From positions 2,666,001-2,730,000 of the forward strand of contig OZ024745.1 of NCBI GenBank assembly GCA_964016885.1: a DNA stretch of 64,000 nt, written 5' to 3'. The notes under the pieces were generated by a model. That model was not told where the DNA came from. It did no database searches and worked only from the letters and a program-made list of their open reading frames with translations. The translations under genes and the position numbers were made by a program. Below, piece after piece: positions 8,801 through 25,240 of this stretch; positions within the stretch are counted from its first letter, which is position 1, and each line of letters begins with the position of its first letter. Source of the stretch: Eledone cirrhosa (lineage: Eukaryota).

Positions 8801-11800
8801 ATTATATAACAGTGTTGGTGGTTGTATGGTAGAACCACTGGTTATATAATTATATAACAGTGTTGGTGGTTGTATGGTAGAACCAGTTATATAATTATAT
8901 AACAGTGTTGGTGGTTGTATGGTAGAACCAGTGATATAACTATATAACAGTGTTGGTGGTGGTATGGTAGGACCAGTTATATAATTATATAACAGTGTTG
9001 GTGGTGGTATGGTAGAACCAGTTATATAATTAGATAACAGTGTTGGTGGTTGTATGGTAGAACCACTGATATAATTATATAACAGTGTTGGTGGTTGTAT
9101 GGTAGAACGAGTTATAAAATTATATAACAGTGTTGGTGGTTGTATGGTAGAACCAGTTATATAATTATATAACAGTGTTGGTGGTTGTATGGTAGAACCA
9201 GTTATATAATTATATAACAGTGTTGGTGGTTGTATGGTAGAACCAGTGATATAATTATATAACAGTGTTGGTGGTTGTATGGTAGAACCAGTTATATAAT
9301 TATATAACAGTGTTAGTGGTTGTATGGTAGAACCAGTTATATAATTATATAACAGTGTTGGTGGTTGTATGGTAGAACCACTGGTTATATAATTATATAA
9401 CAGTGTTGGCGGTAGTATGGTAGAACCAGTTATATAATTATATAACAGTGTTGGTGGTTGTATGGTAGAACCAGTGATATAATTATATAACAGTGTTGGT
9501 GATTGTATGGTAGAACCAGTTATATAATTATATAACAGTGTTGGTGGTTGTATGGTAGAACCAGTTATATAATTATATAACAGTTGGTGGTTGTATGGTA
9601 GAACCAGTTATATAATTATATAACAGTGTTAGTGGTTGTATGGTAGAACCAGTTATATAATTATATAACAATTGGTGGTAGTATGGTAGAACCAGTTATA
9701 TACTTATATAACAGTGTTGGCGGTAGTATGGTAGAACCAGTTATATAATTATATAACAGTGTTGGTGGTTGTATGGTAGAACCAGTTATATAAGTATATA
9801 ACAGTTGGTGGTTGTATGGTAGAACCAGTTATATAATTATATAACAGTGTTAGTGGTTGTATGGTAGAACCAGTTATATAATTATATAAGTGTTGGTGGT
9901 TGTATGGTAGAACCTGTGATATAATTATATAACAGTGTTGGTGGCTGTATGGTAGAACCAGTTATATAATTATATAACAGTGTTGGTGGTTGTATGGTAG
10001 AACCAGTTATATAATTATATAACAGTGTTGGTGGTTGTATGGTAGAACCAGTTATATAATTATATAACAGTTGGTGGTTGTATGGTAGAACCAGTTATAT
10101 AATTATATAACAGTGGTAGTGGTTGTATGGTAGAACCAGTTATATAATTATATAACAGTTGGTGGTAGTATGGTAGAACCAGTTATATAATTATATAACA
10201 GTGTTGGTGGCTGTATGGTAGAACCAGTTATATAATTATATAACAGTTGGTGGTTGTATGGTAGAACAAGTTATATAATTATATAACAGTTGGTAGTTGT
10301 ATGGTAGAACCAGTTATATAATTATATAACAGTGTTGGTGGTTGTATGGTAGAACCAGTTATATAATTATATAACAGTGTTGGCGGTTGTATGGTAGAAC
10401 CAGTTATATAATTATATAACAGTGTTGGTGGTTGTATGGTAGAACCAGTTATATAATTATATAACAGTTGGTGGTTGTATGGTAGAACCAGTTATATAAT
10501 TATATAACAGTGTTGGTGGTTGTATGGTAGAACCAGTGATATAATTATATAACAGTGTTGGTGGTTGTATGGTAGAACGAGTTATATAATTATATAACAG
10601 TTGGTGGTTGTATGGTAGAACCAGTGATATAATTATATAACAGTGTTGGTGGTTGTATGGTAGAACCAGTTATATAATTATATAACAGTGTTGGTGGTTG
10701 TATGGTAGAACCAGTTATATAATTATATAACAGTGTTGGTGGTTGTATGGTAGAACCAGTGATATAATTATATAACAGTGTTGGTGGTGGTATGGTAGAA
10801 CCAGTTATATAATTATATAACAGTGTTGGTGGTGGTATGGTAGAACCAGTTATATAATTATATAACAGTGTTGGTGGTTGTATGGTAGAACCACTGGTTA
10901 CATAATTATATAACAGTGTTGGTGGTTGTATGGTAGAACCAGTTATATAATTATATCACAGTGTTGGTGGTTGTATGGTAGAACCAGTGATATAATTATA
11001 TAACAGTGTTGGTGGTGGTATGGTAGAACCAGTTATATAATTATATAACAGTGTTGGTGGTGGTATGGTAGAACCAGTTATATAATTATATAACAGTGTT
11101 GGTGGTTGTATGGTAGAACCAGTGATATAATTATATAACAGTGTTGGTGGTTGTATGGTAGAACGAGTTATATAATTATATAACACTGTTGGTGGTTGTA
11201 TGGTAGAACCAGTTATATAATTATATAACAGTGTTGGTGGTTGTATGGTAGAACCAGTTATATAATTATATAACAGTGTTGGTGGTTGTATGGTAGAACC
11301 AGTGATATAATTATATAACAGTGTTGGTGGTTGTATGGTAGAACCAGTTATATAATTATATAACAGTGTTGGTGGTTGTATGGTAGAACCACTGGTTATA
11401 TAATTATATAACAGTGTTGGCGGTAGTATGGTAGAACCAGTTATATAATTATATAACAGTGTTGGCGGTTGTATGGTAGAACCAGTTATATAATTATATA
11501 ACAGTGTTGGTGATTGTATGGTAGAACCAGTTATATAATTATATAACAGTGTTGGTGGTTGTATGGTAGAACCAGTTATATAATTATATAACAGTTGGTG
11601 GTTGTATGGTAGAACCAGTTATATAATTATATAACAGTGTTAGTGGTTGTATGGTAGAACCAGTTATATAATTATATAACAATTGGTGGTTGTATGGTAG
11701 AACCAGTTATATAATTATATAACAGTTGGTAGTTGTATGGTAGAACCAGTTATATAATTATATAACAGTGTTGGTGGCTGTATGGTAGAACCAGTTATAT

Positions 11801-13249
11801 AATTATATAACAGTGTTGGTGGTTGTATGGTAGAACCAGTTATATAAGTATATAACAGTTGGTGGTTGTATGGTAGAACCAGTTATATAATTATATAACA
11901 GTGTTAGTGGTTGTATGGTAGAACCAGTTATATAATTATATAAGTGTTGGTGGTTGTATGGTAGAACCTGTGATATAATTATATAACAGTGTTGGTGGCT
12001 GTATGGTAGAACCAGTTATATAATTATATAACAGTGTTGGTGGTTGTATGGTAGAACCAGTTATATAATTATATAACAGTGTTGGTGGTTGTATGGTAGA
12101 ACCAGTTATATAATTATATAACAGTTGGTGGTTGTATGGTAGAACCAGTTATATAATTATATAACAGTGGTAGTGGTTGTATGGTAGAACCAGTTATATA
12201 ATTATATAACATTTGGTGGTAGTATGGTAGAACCAGTTATATAATTATATAACAGTGTTGGTGGCTGTATGGTAGAACCAGTTATATAATTATATAACAG
12301 TTGGTGGTTGTATGGTAGAACCAGTTATATAATTATATAACAGTTGGTAGTTGTATGGTAGAACCAGTTATATAATTATATAACAGTGTTTGTGGTTGTA
12401 TGGTAGAACCAGTTATATAATTATATAACAGTGTTGGTGGTTGTATGGTAGAACCAGTGATATAATTATATAACAGTGTTGGTGGTTGTATGGTAGAACC
12501 AGTTATATAATTATATAACAGTTGGTGGTAGTATGGTAGAACCAGTTATATAATTATATAACAGTTGGTGGTAGTATGGTAGAACCAGTTATATAATTAT
12601 ATAACAGTGTTGGTGGTTGTATGGTAGAACCAGTTATATAATTATATAACAGTGTTTGTGGTTGTATGGTAGAACCAGTTATATAATTATATAACAGTTG
12701 GTGGTAGTATGGTAGAACCAGTTATATAATTATATAACAGTTGGTGGTAGTATGGTAGAACCAGTTATATAATTATATAACAGTGTTGGTGGTTGTATGG
12801 TAGAACCAGTTATATAATTATATAACAGTTGGTGGTTGTATGGTAGAACCAGTTATATAATTATATAACAGTGTTGGTGGTTGTATGGTAGAACCAGTGA
12901 TATAATTATATAACAGTGTTGGTGGTTGTATGGTAGAACCAGTTATATAATTATATAACAGTTGGTGGTTGTATGGTAGAACCAGTGATATAATTATATA
13001 ACAGTGTTGGTGGTTGTATGGTAGAACCAGTTATATAATTATATAACAGTGTTGGTGGTTGTATGGTAGAACCAGTTATATAATTATATAACAGTTGGTG
13101 GTTGTATGGTAGAACCAGTGATATAATTATATAACAGTGTTGGTGGCTGTATGGTAGAACCAGTTATATAATTATATAACAGTGTTGGTGGTTGTATGGT
13201 AGAACCAGTGATATAATTATATAACAGTGTTGGTGGTGGTATGGTAGAA

Positions 13250-16200
13250 CCAGTTATATAATTATATAACAGTGTTGGTGGTGGTATGGTAGAACCAGTT
13301 ATATAATTATATAACAGTGTTGGTGGTTGTATGGTAGAACCACTGGTTATATAATTATATAACAGTGTTGGTGGTTGTATGGTAGAACCAGTTATATAAT
13401 TATATAACAGTGTTGGTGGTTGTATGGTAGAACCAGTGATATAATTATATAACAGTGTTGGTGGTGGTATGGTAGAACCAGTTATATAATTATATAACAG
13501 TGTTGGTGGTTGTATGGTAGAACCAGTGATATAATTATATAACAGTGTTGCTGGTGGTATGGTAGAACCAGTTATATAATTATATAACAGTGTTGGTGGC
13601 TGTATGGTAGAACCAGTTATATAATTATATAACAGTGTTGGTGGTTGTATGGTAGAACCACTGGTTATATAATTATATAACAGTGTTGGTGGTTGTATGG
13701 TAGAACCAGTTATATAATTATATAACAGTTGGTGGTTGTATGGTAGAACCAGTTATATAATTATATAACAGTGTTGGTGGTTGTATGGTAGAACCAGTTA
13801 TATAATTATATACCAGTATTGGCGGTTGTATGGTAGAACCAGTTATATAATTATATAACAGTCTTGGTGGTTGTATGGTAGAACCAGTTATATAATTATA
13901 TAACAGTGTTGGTGGTTGTATGGTAGAACGAGTTATATAATTATATAACACTGTTGGTGGTTGTATGGTAGAACCAGTTATATAATTATATAACAGTGTT
14001 GGTGGTTGTATGGTAGAACCAGTTATATAATTATATAACAGTGTTGGTGGTTGTATGGTAGAACGAGTTATATAATTATATAACAGTGTTGGTGGTTGTA
14101 TGGTAGAACGAGTTATATAATTATATAACAGTCTTGGTGGTTGTATGGTAGAACCAGTTATATAATTATATAACAGTGTTGGTGGTTGTATGGTAGAACC
14201 ACTGGTTATATAATTATATAACAGTGTTGGCGGTTGTATGGTAGGACCAGTTATATAATTATATAACAGTGTTGGTGGTTGTATGGTAGAACGAGTTATA
14301 TAATTATATAACAGTGTTGGTGGTTGTATGGTAGAACGAGTTATATAATTATATAACAGTGTTGGTGGTTGTATGGTAGAACCAGTTATATAATTATATA
14401 AGTGTTGGTGGTTGTATGGTAGTACCTGTGATATAATTATATAACAGTGTTGGTGGTTGTATGGTAGAACCAGTTATATAATTATATAACAGTGTTGGTG
14501 GTTGTATGGTAGAACGAGTTATATAATTATATAACAGTCTTGGTGGTTGTATGGTAGAACCAGTTATATAATTATATAACAGTGTTGGTGGTTGTATGGT
14601 AGAACCACTGGTTATATAATTATATAACAGTGTTGGCGGTTGTATGGTAGAACCATTTATATAATTATATAACAGTGTTGGTGGTTGTATGGTAGAACCA
14701 GTTATATAATTATATAACAGTGTTGGTGGTTGTATGGTAGAACCACTGTTTATATACTTATATAACAGTGTTGGTGGTTGTATGGTAGAACCAGTTATAT
14801 AATTATATAACAGTGTTGGTGGTTGTATGGTAGAACGAGTTATATAATTATATAACAGTTTTGGTTGTTGTATGGTAGAACGAGTTATATAATTATATAA
14901 CAGTGTTGGTGGTTGTATGGTAGAACCAGTTATATAATTATATAACAGTGTTGGTGGTTGTATGGTAGAACCAGTTATATAATTATATAACAGTGTTGGT
15001 GGTTGTATGGTAGAACCAGTTATATAATTATATAACAGTTGGTGGTTGTATGGTAGAACCAGTTATATAATTATATAACAGTGGTAGTGGTTGTATGGTA
15101 GAACCAGTTATATAATTATATAACAGTTGGTGGTAGTATGGTAGAACCAGTTACATAATTATATAACAGTGTTGGTGGCTGTATGGTAGAACCAGTTATA
15201 TAATTATCTAACAGTTGATGGTTGTATGGTAGAACCAGTTATATAATTATATAACAGTTGGTAGTTGTATGGTAGTACCAGTTATATAATTATATAACAG
15301 TGTTGGTGGTTGTATGGTAGAACCAGTTATATAATTATATAACAGTGTTGGTGGTTGTATGGTAGAGCCATAGATATAATTATATAACAGTGTTGGTGGT
15401 TGTATGGTAGAACCAGTTATATAATTATATAACAGTTGGTGGTAGTATGGTAGAACCAGTTATATAATTATATAACAGTTGGTGGTAGTATGGTAGAACC
15501 AGTTATATAATTATATAACAGTGTTGGTGGTTGTATGGTAGAACCAGTTATATAATTATATAACAGTGTTTGTGGTTGTATGGTAGAACCAGTTATATAA
15601 TTATATAACAGTTGGTGATAGTATGGTAGAACCAGTTATATAATTATATAACAGTTGCTGGTAGTATGGTAGAACCAGTTATCTAATTATATAACAGTGT
15701 TGGTGGTTGTATGGTAGAACCAGTTATATAATTATATAACAGTTGTTGGTTGTATGGTAGAACCAGTTATATAATTATATAACAGTGTTGGTGGTTGTAT
15801 GGTAGAACCAGTTATATAATTATATAACAGTGTTGGTGGTGGTATGGTAGAACCAGTTATATAATTATATAACAGTGTTGGTGGTGGTATGGTAGAACCA
15901 GTTATATAATTATATAACAGTGTTGGTGGTTGTATGGTAGAACCAGTGATATAATTATATAACAGTGTTGGTGGTGGTATGGTAGAACCAGTTATATAAT
16001 TATATAACAGTGTTGGCGGATGTATGGTAGAACCAGTTATATAATTATATAACAGTGTTGGTGGTTGTATGGTAGAACCAGTTATATAATTATATAACAG
16101 TGTTGGTGGTTGTATGGTAGAACCAGTGATATAATTATATAACAGTGTTGGTGGTGGTATGGTAGAACCAGTTATATAATTATATAACAGTGTTGGTGGT

Positions 16201-19200
16201 GGTATGGTAGAACCAGTTATATAATTATATAACAGTGTTGGTGGTTGTATGGTAGAACCACTGGTTATATAATTATATAACAGTGTTGGTGGTTGTATGG
16301 TAGAACCATTTATATAATTATATAACAGTGTTGGTGGTTGTATGGTAGAACCAGTGATATAATTATATAACAGTGTTGGTGGTGGTATGGTAGAACCAGT
16401 TATATAATTATATAACAGTGTTGGTGGTGGTATGGTAGAACCAGTTATATAATTATATAACAGTGTTGGTGGTGGTATGGTAGAACCAGTTATATAATTA
16501 TATAACAGTGTTGGTGGTTGTATGGTAGAACCAGTTATATAATTATATAACAGTGTTGGTGGTTGTATGGTAGAACCACTGGTTATATAATTATATAATA
16601 GTGTTGGTGGTTGTATGGTAGAACCAGTTATATAATTATATAACAGTTGGTGGTTGTATTGTAGAACCAGTTATATAATTATATAACAGTGTTGGTGGTT
16701 GTATGGTAGAACGAGTTATAGAATTATATAACAGTGTTGGTGGTTGTATGGTAGAACGAGTTATATAATTATATAACAGTGTTGGTGGTTGTATGGTAGA
16801 ACCAGTTATATAATTATATAACAGTGTTGGTGGTTGTATGGTAGAACCAGTTATATAATTATATAACAGTGTTAGCGGTTGTATGGTAGAACCAGTTATA
16901 TAATTATATAACAGTGTTGGTGGCTGTATGGTAGAACCAGTTATATAATTATATAACAGTGTTGGCGGTTCTATGGTAGAACAAGTTATATAATTATATA
17001 ACAGTGTTGGTGGTTGTATGGTAGAACGAGTTATATAATTATATAACAGTGTTGGTGGTTGTATGGTAGAACCAGTTATATAATTATATAACAGTGTTGG
17101 CGGTTGTATGGTGGAACCAGTTATATAATTATATAACAGTGTTGGTGGTTGTATGGTAGAACGAGTTATATAATTATATAACAGTATTGGCGGTTGTATG
17201 GTAGAACCAGTTATATAATTATATAACAGTGTTGGTGGTTGTATGGTAGAACCAGTTATATAATTATATAACAGTGTTGGTGGTTGTATGGTAGAACGAG
17301 TTATATAATTATATAACACTGTTGGTGGTTGTATGGTAGAACCAGTTATATAATTATATAACAGTGTTGGTGGTTGTATGGTAGAACGAGTTATATAATT
17401 ATATAACAGTGTTGGTGGTTGTATGGTAGAACGAGTTATATAATTATATAACAGTGTTGGTGGTTGTATGGTAGAACGAGTTATATAATTATATAACAGT
17501 GTTGGTGGTTGTATGGTAGAACCAGTTATATAATTATATAACAGTGTTGGTGGTTGTATGGTAGAACCACTGGTTATATAATTATATAACAGTGTTGGCG
17601 GTTGTATGGTAGAACCAGTTATATAATTATATAACAGTGTTAGTGGTTGTATGGTAGAACGAGTTATTTAATTATATAACAGTGTTGGTGGTTGTATGGT
17701 AGAACCAGTTATATAATTATATAACAGTGTTGGTGGTTGTATGGTAGAACCAGTTATATAATTATATAACAGTGTTGGTGGCTGTATGGTAGAACCACTG
17801 GTTATATAATTATATAACAGTGTTGGCGGTTGTATGGTAGAACCAGCTATATAATTATATAACAGTTGGTGGTAGTTGTATGGGAGAACCAGTGATATAA
17901 TTATATAACAGTGTTGGTGGTTGTATGGTAGAACGAGTTATATAATTATATATCAGTGTTGGTGGTTGTATGCTAGAACCAGTTATATAATTATATAACA
18001 GTGTTGGTGGTTGTATGGTAGAACAGGTTATATAATTATATAACAGTGTTGGTGGTTGTATGATAGAACCAGTTATATAATTATATAACAGTTGGTGGTT
18101 GTATGGTAGAACCAGTTATATAATTATATAACAGTGGTAGTGGTTGTATGGTAGAACCAGTTATATAATTATATAACAGTTGGTGGTAGTATGGTAGAAC
18201 CAGTTATATAATTATATAACAGTTTTGGTGGTTGTATGGTAGAACCAGTTATATAATTATATAACAGTTGATGGTTGTATGGTAGAACCAGTTATATAAT
18301 TATATAACAGTTGGTAGTTGTATGGTAGAACCAGTTATATAATTATATAACAGTGTTGGTGGTTGTATGGTAGAACCAGTTATATAATTATATAACAGTG
18401 TTTGTGGTTGTATGCTTGAACCAGTTATATAATTATATAACAGTTGGTGGTAGTATGGTAGAACCAGTTATATAATTATATAACAGTTGGTGGAAGTATG
18501 GTAGAACCAGTTATATAATTATATAACAGTGTTGGTGGTTGTATGGTAGAACCAGTTATATAATTATATAACAGTGTTGGTGGTTGTATGGTAGAACCAG
18601 TTATATAATTATATAACAGTGTTGGTGGTTGTATGGTAGAGCCAGTGATATAATTATATAACAGTGTTGGTGGTTGTATGGTAGAACCAGTTATATAATT
18701 ATATAACAGTTGGTGATAGTATGGTAGAACCAGTTATATAATTATATTACAGTGTTGGTGGTTGTATGGTAGAACCAGTTATATAATTATATAACAGTTG
18801 GTGGTTGTATGGTAGAACCAGTTATATAATTATATAACAGTGTTGGTGGTTGTATGGTAGAACCAGTGATATAATTATATAACAGTGTTGGTGGTTGTAT
18901 GGTAGAACCAGTTATATAATTGTATAACAGTTGGTGGTTGTATGGTAGAACCAGTGATATAATTATATAACAGTGTTGGTGGTTGTATGGTAGAACCAGT
19001 TATATAATTATATAACAGTGTTGGTGGTTGTATGGTAGAACCAGTTATATAATTATATAACAGTTGGCGGTTGTATGGTAGAACCAGTTATATAATTATA
19101 TAACAGTGTTGGTGGTGGTATGGTAGAACCAGTTATATAATTATATAACAGTGTTGGTGGTTGTATGGTAGAACCACTGGTTATATAATTATATAACAGT

Positions 19201-22200
19201 GTTGGTGGTTGTATGGTAGAACCAGTTATATAATTATATAACAGTGTTGGTGGTTGTATGGTAGAACCAGTGATATAATTATATAACAGTGTTGGTGGTG
19301 GTATGGTAGAACCAGTTATATAATTATATAACAGTGTTGGTGGTTGTATGGTAGAACCAGTGATATAATTATATAACAGTGTTGCTGGTGGTATGGTAGA
19401 ACCAGTTATATAATTATATAACAGTGTTGGTGGCTGTATGGTAGAACCAGTTATATAATTATATAACAGTGTTGGTGGTTGTATGGTAGAACCACTGGTT
19501 ATATAATTATATAACAGTGTTGGTGGTTGTATGGTAGAACCAGTTATATAATTATATAACAGTTGGTGGTTGTATGGTAGAACCAGTTATATAATTATAT
19601 AACAGTGTTGGTGGTTGTATGGTAGAACCAGTTATATAATTATATACCAGTATTGGCGGTTGTATGGTAGAACCAGTTATATAATTATATAACAGTCTTG
19701 GTGGTTGTATGGTCGAACCAGTTATATAATTATATAACAGTGTTGGTGGTTGTATGGTAGAACGAGTTATATAATTATATAACACTGTTGGTGGTTGTAT
19801 GGTAGAACCAGTTATATAATTATATAACAGTGTTGGTGGTTGTATGGTAGAACCAGTTATATAATTATATAACAGTGTTGGTGGTTGTATGGTAGAACGA
19901 GTTATATAATTATATAACAGTGTTGGTGGTTGTATGGTAGAACGAGTTATATAATTATATAACAGTCTTGGTGGTTGTATGGTAGAACCAGTTATATAAT
20001 TATATAACAGTGTTGGTGGTTGTATGGTAGAACCACTGGTTATATAATTATATAACAGTGTTGGCGGTTGTATGGTAGAACCAGTTATATAATTATATAA
20101 CAGTGTTGGTGGTTCTATGGTAGAACGAGTTATATAATTATATAACAGTGTCGGTGGTTGTATGGTAGAACGAGTTATATAATTATATAACAGTGTTGGT
20201 GGTTGTATGGTAGAACCAGTTATATAATTATATAAGTGTTGGTGGTTGTATGGTAGTACCTGTGATATAATTATATAACAGTGTTGGTGGTTGTATGGTA
20301 GAACCAGTTATATAATTATATAACAGTGTTGGTGGTTGTATGGTAGAACGAGTTATATAATTATATAACAGTCTTGGTGGTTGTATGGTAGAACCAGTTA
20401 TATAATTATATAACAGTGTTGGTGGTTGTATGGTAGAACCACTGGTTATATAATTATATAACAGTGTTGGCGGTTGTATGGTAGAACCATTTATATAATT
20501 ATATAACAGTGTTGGTGGTTGTATGGTAGAACCAGTTATATAATTATATAACAGTGTTGGTGGTTGTATGGTAGAACCACTGTTTATATACTTATATAAC
20601 AGTGTTGGTGGTTGTATGGTAGAACCAGTTATATAATTATATAACAGTGTTGGTGGTTGTATGGTAGAACGAGTTATATAATTATATAACAGTGTTGGTT
20701 GTTGTATGGTAGAACGAGTTATATAATTATATAACAGTGTTGGTGGTTGTATGGTAGAACCAGTTATATAATTATATAACAGTGTTGGTGGTTGTATGGT
20801 AGAACCAGTTATATAATTATATAACAGTGTTGGTGGTTGTATGGTAGAACCAGTTATATAATTATATAACAGTTGGTGGTTGTATGGTAGAACCAGTTAT
20901 ATAATTATATAACAGTGGTAGTGGTTGTATGGTAGAACCAGTTATATAATTATATAACAGTTGGTGGTAGTATGGTAGAACCAGTTACATAATTATATAA
21001 CAGTGTTGGTGGCTGTATGGTAGAACCAGTTATATAATTATCTAACAGTTGATGGTTGTATGGTAGAACCAGTTATATAATTATATAACAGTTGGTAGTT
21101 GTATGGTAGTACCAGTTATATAATTATATAACAGTGTTGGTGGTTGTATGGTAGAACCAGTTATATAATTATATAACAGTGTTGGTGGTTGTATGGTAGA
21201 GCCATTGATATAATTATATAACAGTGTTGGTGGTTGTATGGTAGAACCAGTTATATAATTATATAACAGTTGGTGGTAGTATGGTAGAACCAGTTATATA
21301 ATTATATAACAGTTGGTGGTAGTATGGTAGAACCAGTTATATAATTATATAACAGTGTTGGTGGTTGTATGGTAGAACCAGTTATATAATTATATAACAG
21401 TGTTTGTGGTTGTATGGTAGAACCAGTTATATAATTATATAACAGTTGGTGGTAGTATGGTAGAACCAGTTATATAATTATATAACAGTTGCTGGTAGTA
21501 TGGTAGAACCAGTTATCTAATTATATAACAGTGTTGGTGGTTGTATGGTAGAACCAGTTATATAATTATATAACAGTTGTTGGTTGTATGGTAGAACCAG
21601 TTATATAATTATATAACAGTGTTGGTGGTTGTATGGTAGAACCAGTTATATAATTATATAACAGTGTTGGTGGTGGTATGGTAGAACCAGTTATATAATT
21701 ATATAACAGTGTTGGTGGTGGTATGGTAGAACCAGTTATATAATTATATAACAGTGTTGGTGGTTGTATGGTAGAACCAGTGATATAATTATATAACAGT
21801 GTTGGTGGTGGTATGGTAGAACCAGTTATATAATTATATAACAGTGTTGGCGGATGTATGGTAGAACCAGTTATATAATTATATAACAGTGTTGGTGGTT
21901 GTATGGTAGAACCAGTTATATAATTATATAACAGTGTTGGTGGTTGTATGGTAGAACCAGTTATATAATTATATAACAGTTGGTGGTTGTATGGTAGAAC
22001 CAGTTATATAATTATATAACAGTGTTGGTGGTTGTATGGTAGAACCAGTGATATAATTATATAACAGTGTTGGTGGTTGTATGGTAGAACCAGTTATATA
22101 ATTATATAACAGTTGGTGGTTGTATGGTAGAACCAGTGATATAATTATATAACAGTGTTGGTGGTTGTATGGTAGAACCAGTTATATAATTATATAACAG

Positions 22201-25200
22201 TGTTGGTGGTTGTATGGTAGAACCAGTTATATAATTATATAACAGTGTTGGTGGTTGTATGGTAGAACCAGTGATATAATTATATAACAGTGTTGGTGGT
22301 GGTATGGTAGAACCAGTTATATAATTATATAACAGTGTTGGTGGTGGTATGGTAGAACCAGTTATATAATTATATAACAGTGTTGGTGGTTGTATGGTAG
22401 AACCACTGGTTATATAATTATATAACAGTGTTGGTGGTTGTATGGTAGAACCATTTATATAATTATATAACAGTGTTGGTGGTTGTATGGTAGAACCAGT
22501 GATATAATTATATAACAGTGTTGGTGGTGGTATGGTAGAACCAGTTATATAATTATATAACAGTGTTGGTGGTGGTATGGTAGAACCAGTTATATAATTA
22601 TATAACAGTGTTGGTGGTGGTATGGTAGAACCAGTTATATAATTATATAACAGTGTTGGTGGTTGTATGGCAGAACCAGTTATATAATTATATAACAGTG
22701 TTGGTGGTTGTATGGTAGAACCACTGGTTATATAATTATATAACAGTGTTGGTGGTTGTATGGTAGAACCAGTTATATAATTATATAACAGTTGGTGGTT
22801 GTATGGTAGAACCAGTTATATAATTATATAACAGTGTTGGTGGTTGTATGGTAGAACGAGTTATAGAATTATATAACAGTGTTGGTGGTTGTATGGTAGA
22901 ACGAGTTATATAATTATATAACAGTGTTGGTGGTTGTATGGTAGAACCAGTTATATAATTATATAACAGTGTTGGTGGTTGTATGGTAGAACCAGTTATA
23001 TAATTATATAACAGTGTTAGCGGTTGTATGGTAGAACCAGTTATATAATTATATAACAGTGTTGGTGGCTGTATGGTAGAACCAGTTATATAATTATATA
23101 ACAGTGTTGGCGGTTCTATGGTAGAACAAGTTATATAATTATATAACAGTGTTGGTGGTTGTATGGTAGAACGAGTTATATAATTATATAACAGTGTTGG
23201 TGGTTGTATGGTAGAACCAGTTATATAATTATATAACAGTGTTGGCGGTTGTATGGTGGAACCAGTTATATAATTATATAACAGTGTTGGTGGTTGTATG
23301 GTAGAACGAGTTATATAATTATATAACAGTATTGGCGGTTGTATGGTAGAACCAGTTATATAATTATATAACAGTGTTGGTGGTTGTATGGTAGAACCAG
23401 TTATATAATTATATAACAGTGTTGGTGGTTGTATGGTAGAACGAGTTATATAATTATATAACACTGTTGGTGGTTGTATGGTAGAACCAGTTATATAATT
23501 ATATAACAGTGTTGGTGGTTGTATGGTAGAACGAGTTATATAATTATATAACAGTGTTGGTGGTTGTATGGTAGAACGAGTTATATAATTATATAACAGT
23601 GTTGGTGGTTGTATGGTAGAACGAGTTATATAATTATATAACAGTGTTGGTGGTTGTATGGTAGAACCGGTTATATAATTATATAACAGTGTTGGTGGTT
23701 GTATGGTAGAACCACTGGTTATATAATTATATAACAGTGTTGGCGGTTGTATGGTAGAACCAGTTATATAATTATATAACAGTGTTAGTGGTTGTATGGT
23801 AGAACGAGTTATTTAATTATATAACAGTGTTGGTGGTTGTATTATAGAACCAGTTATATAATTATATAACAGTGTTGGTGGTTGTATGGTAGAACCAGTT
23901 ATATAATTATATAACAGTGTTGGTGGCTGTATGGTAGAACCACTGGTTATATAATTATATAACAGTGTTGGCGGTTGTATGGTAGAACCAGCTATATAAT
24001 TATATAACAGTTGGTGGTAGTTGTATGGTAGAACCAGTGATATAATTATATAACAGTGTTGGTGGTTGTATGGTAGAACGAGTTATATAATTATATATCA
24101 GTGTTGGTGGTTGTATGCTAGAACCAGTTATATAATTATATAACAGTGTTGGTGGTTGTATGGTAGAACCAGTTATATAATTATATAACAGTGTTGGTGG
24201 TTGTATGATAGAACCAGTTATATAATTATATAACAGTTGGTGGTTGTATGGTAGAACCAGTTATATAATTATATAACAGTGGTAGTGGTTGTATGGTAGA
24301 ACCAGTTATATAATTATATAACAGTTGGTGGTAGTATGGTAGAACCAGTTATATAATTATATAACAGTTTTGGTGGTTGTATGGTAGAACCAGTTATATA
24401 ATTATATAACAGTTGATGGTTGTATGGTAGAACCAGTTATATAATTATATAACAGTTGGTAGTTGTATGGTAGAACCAGTTATATAATTATATAACAGTG
24501 TTGGTGGTTGTATGGTAGAACCAGTTATATAATTATATAACAGTGTTTGTGGTTGTATGCTTGAACCAGTTATATAATTATATAACAGTTGGTGGTAGTA
24601 TGGTAGAACCAGTTATATAATTATATAACAGTTGGTGGAAGTATGGTAGAACCAGTTATATAATTATATAACAGTGTTGGTGGTTGTATGGTAGAACCAG
24701 TTATATAATTATATAACAGTGTTGGTGGTTGTATGGTAGAACCAGTTATATAATTATATAACAGTGTTGGTGGTTGTATGGTAGAGCCAGTGATATAATT
24801 ATATAACAGAGTTGGTGGTTGTATGGTAGAACCAGTTATATAATTATATAACAGTTGGTGATAGTATGGTAGAACCAGTTATATAATTATATTACAGTGT
24901 TGGTGGTTGTATGGTAGAACCAGTTATATAATTATATAACAGTTGGTGGTTGTATGGTAGAACCAGTTATATAATTATATAACAGTGTTGGTGGTTGTAT
25001 GGTAGAACCAGTGATATAATTATATAACAGTGTTGGTGGTTGTATGGTAGAACCAGTTATATAATTGTATAACAGTTGGTGGTTGTATGGTAGAACCAGT
25101 GATATAATTATATAACAGTGTTGGTGGTTGTATGGTAGAACCAGTTATATAATTATATAACAGTGTTGGTGGTTGTATGGTAGAACCAGTTATATAATTA

Positions 25201-25240
25201 TATAACAGTTGGCGGTTGTATGGTAGAACCAGTTATATAA
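13250..25240. repeat. Tandem duplication of a ~5.8-kb block inside the 45-bp array (offset 5,834 bp, rising to 6,145 bp after a 311-bp/7-monomer indel)
   Basis: Identical ORFs occur at 13718/19552 (+5834) and 16636/22781 (+6145). Shared rare variants include taccagtattggcgg, gtacctgtg, tatctaac, ggcggatg, ttatagaatt and atgcttgaa. Boundaries are approximate. Confidence 0.9.
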
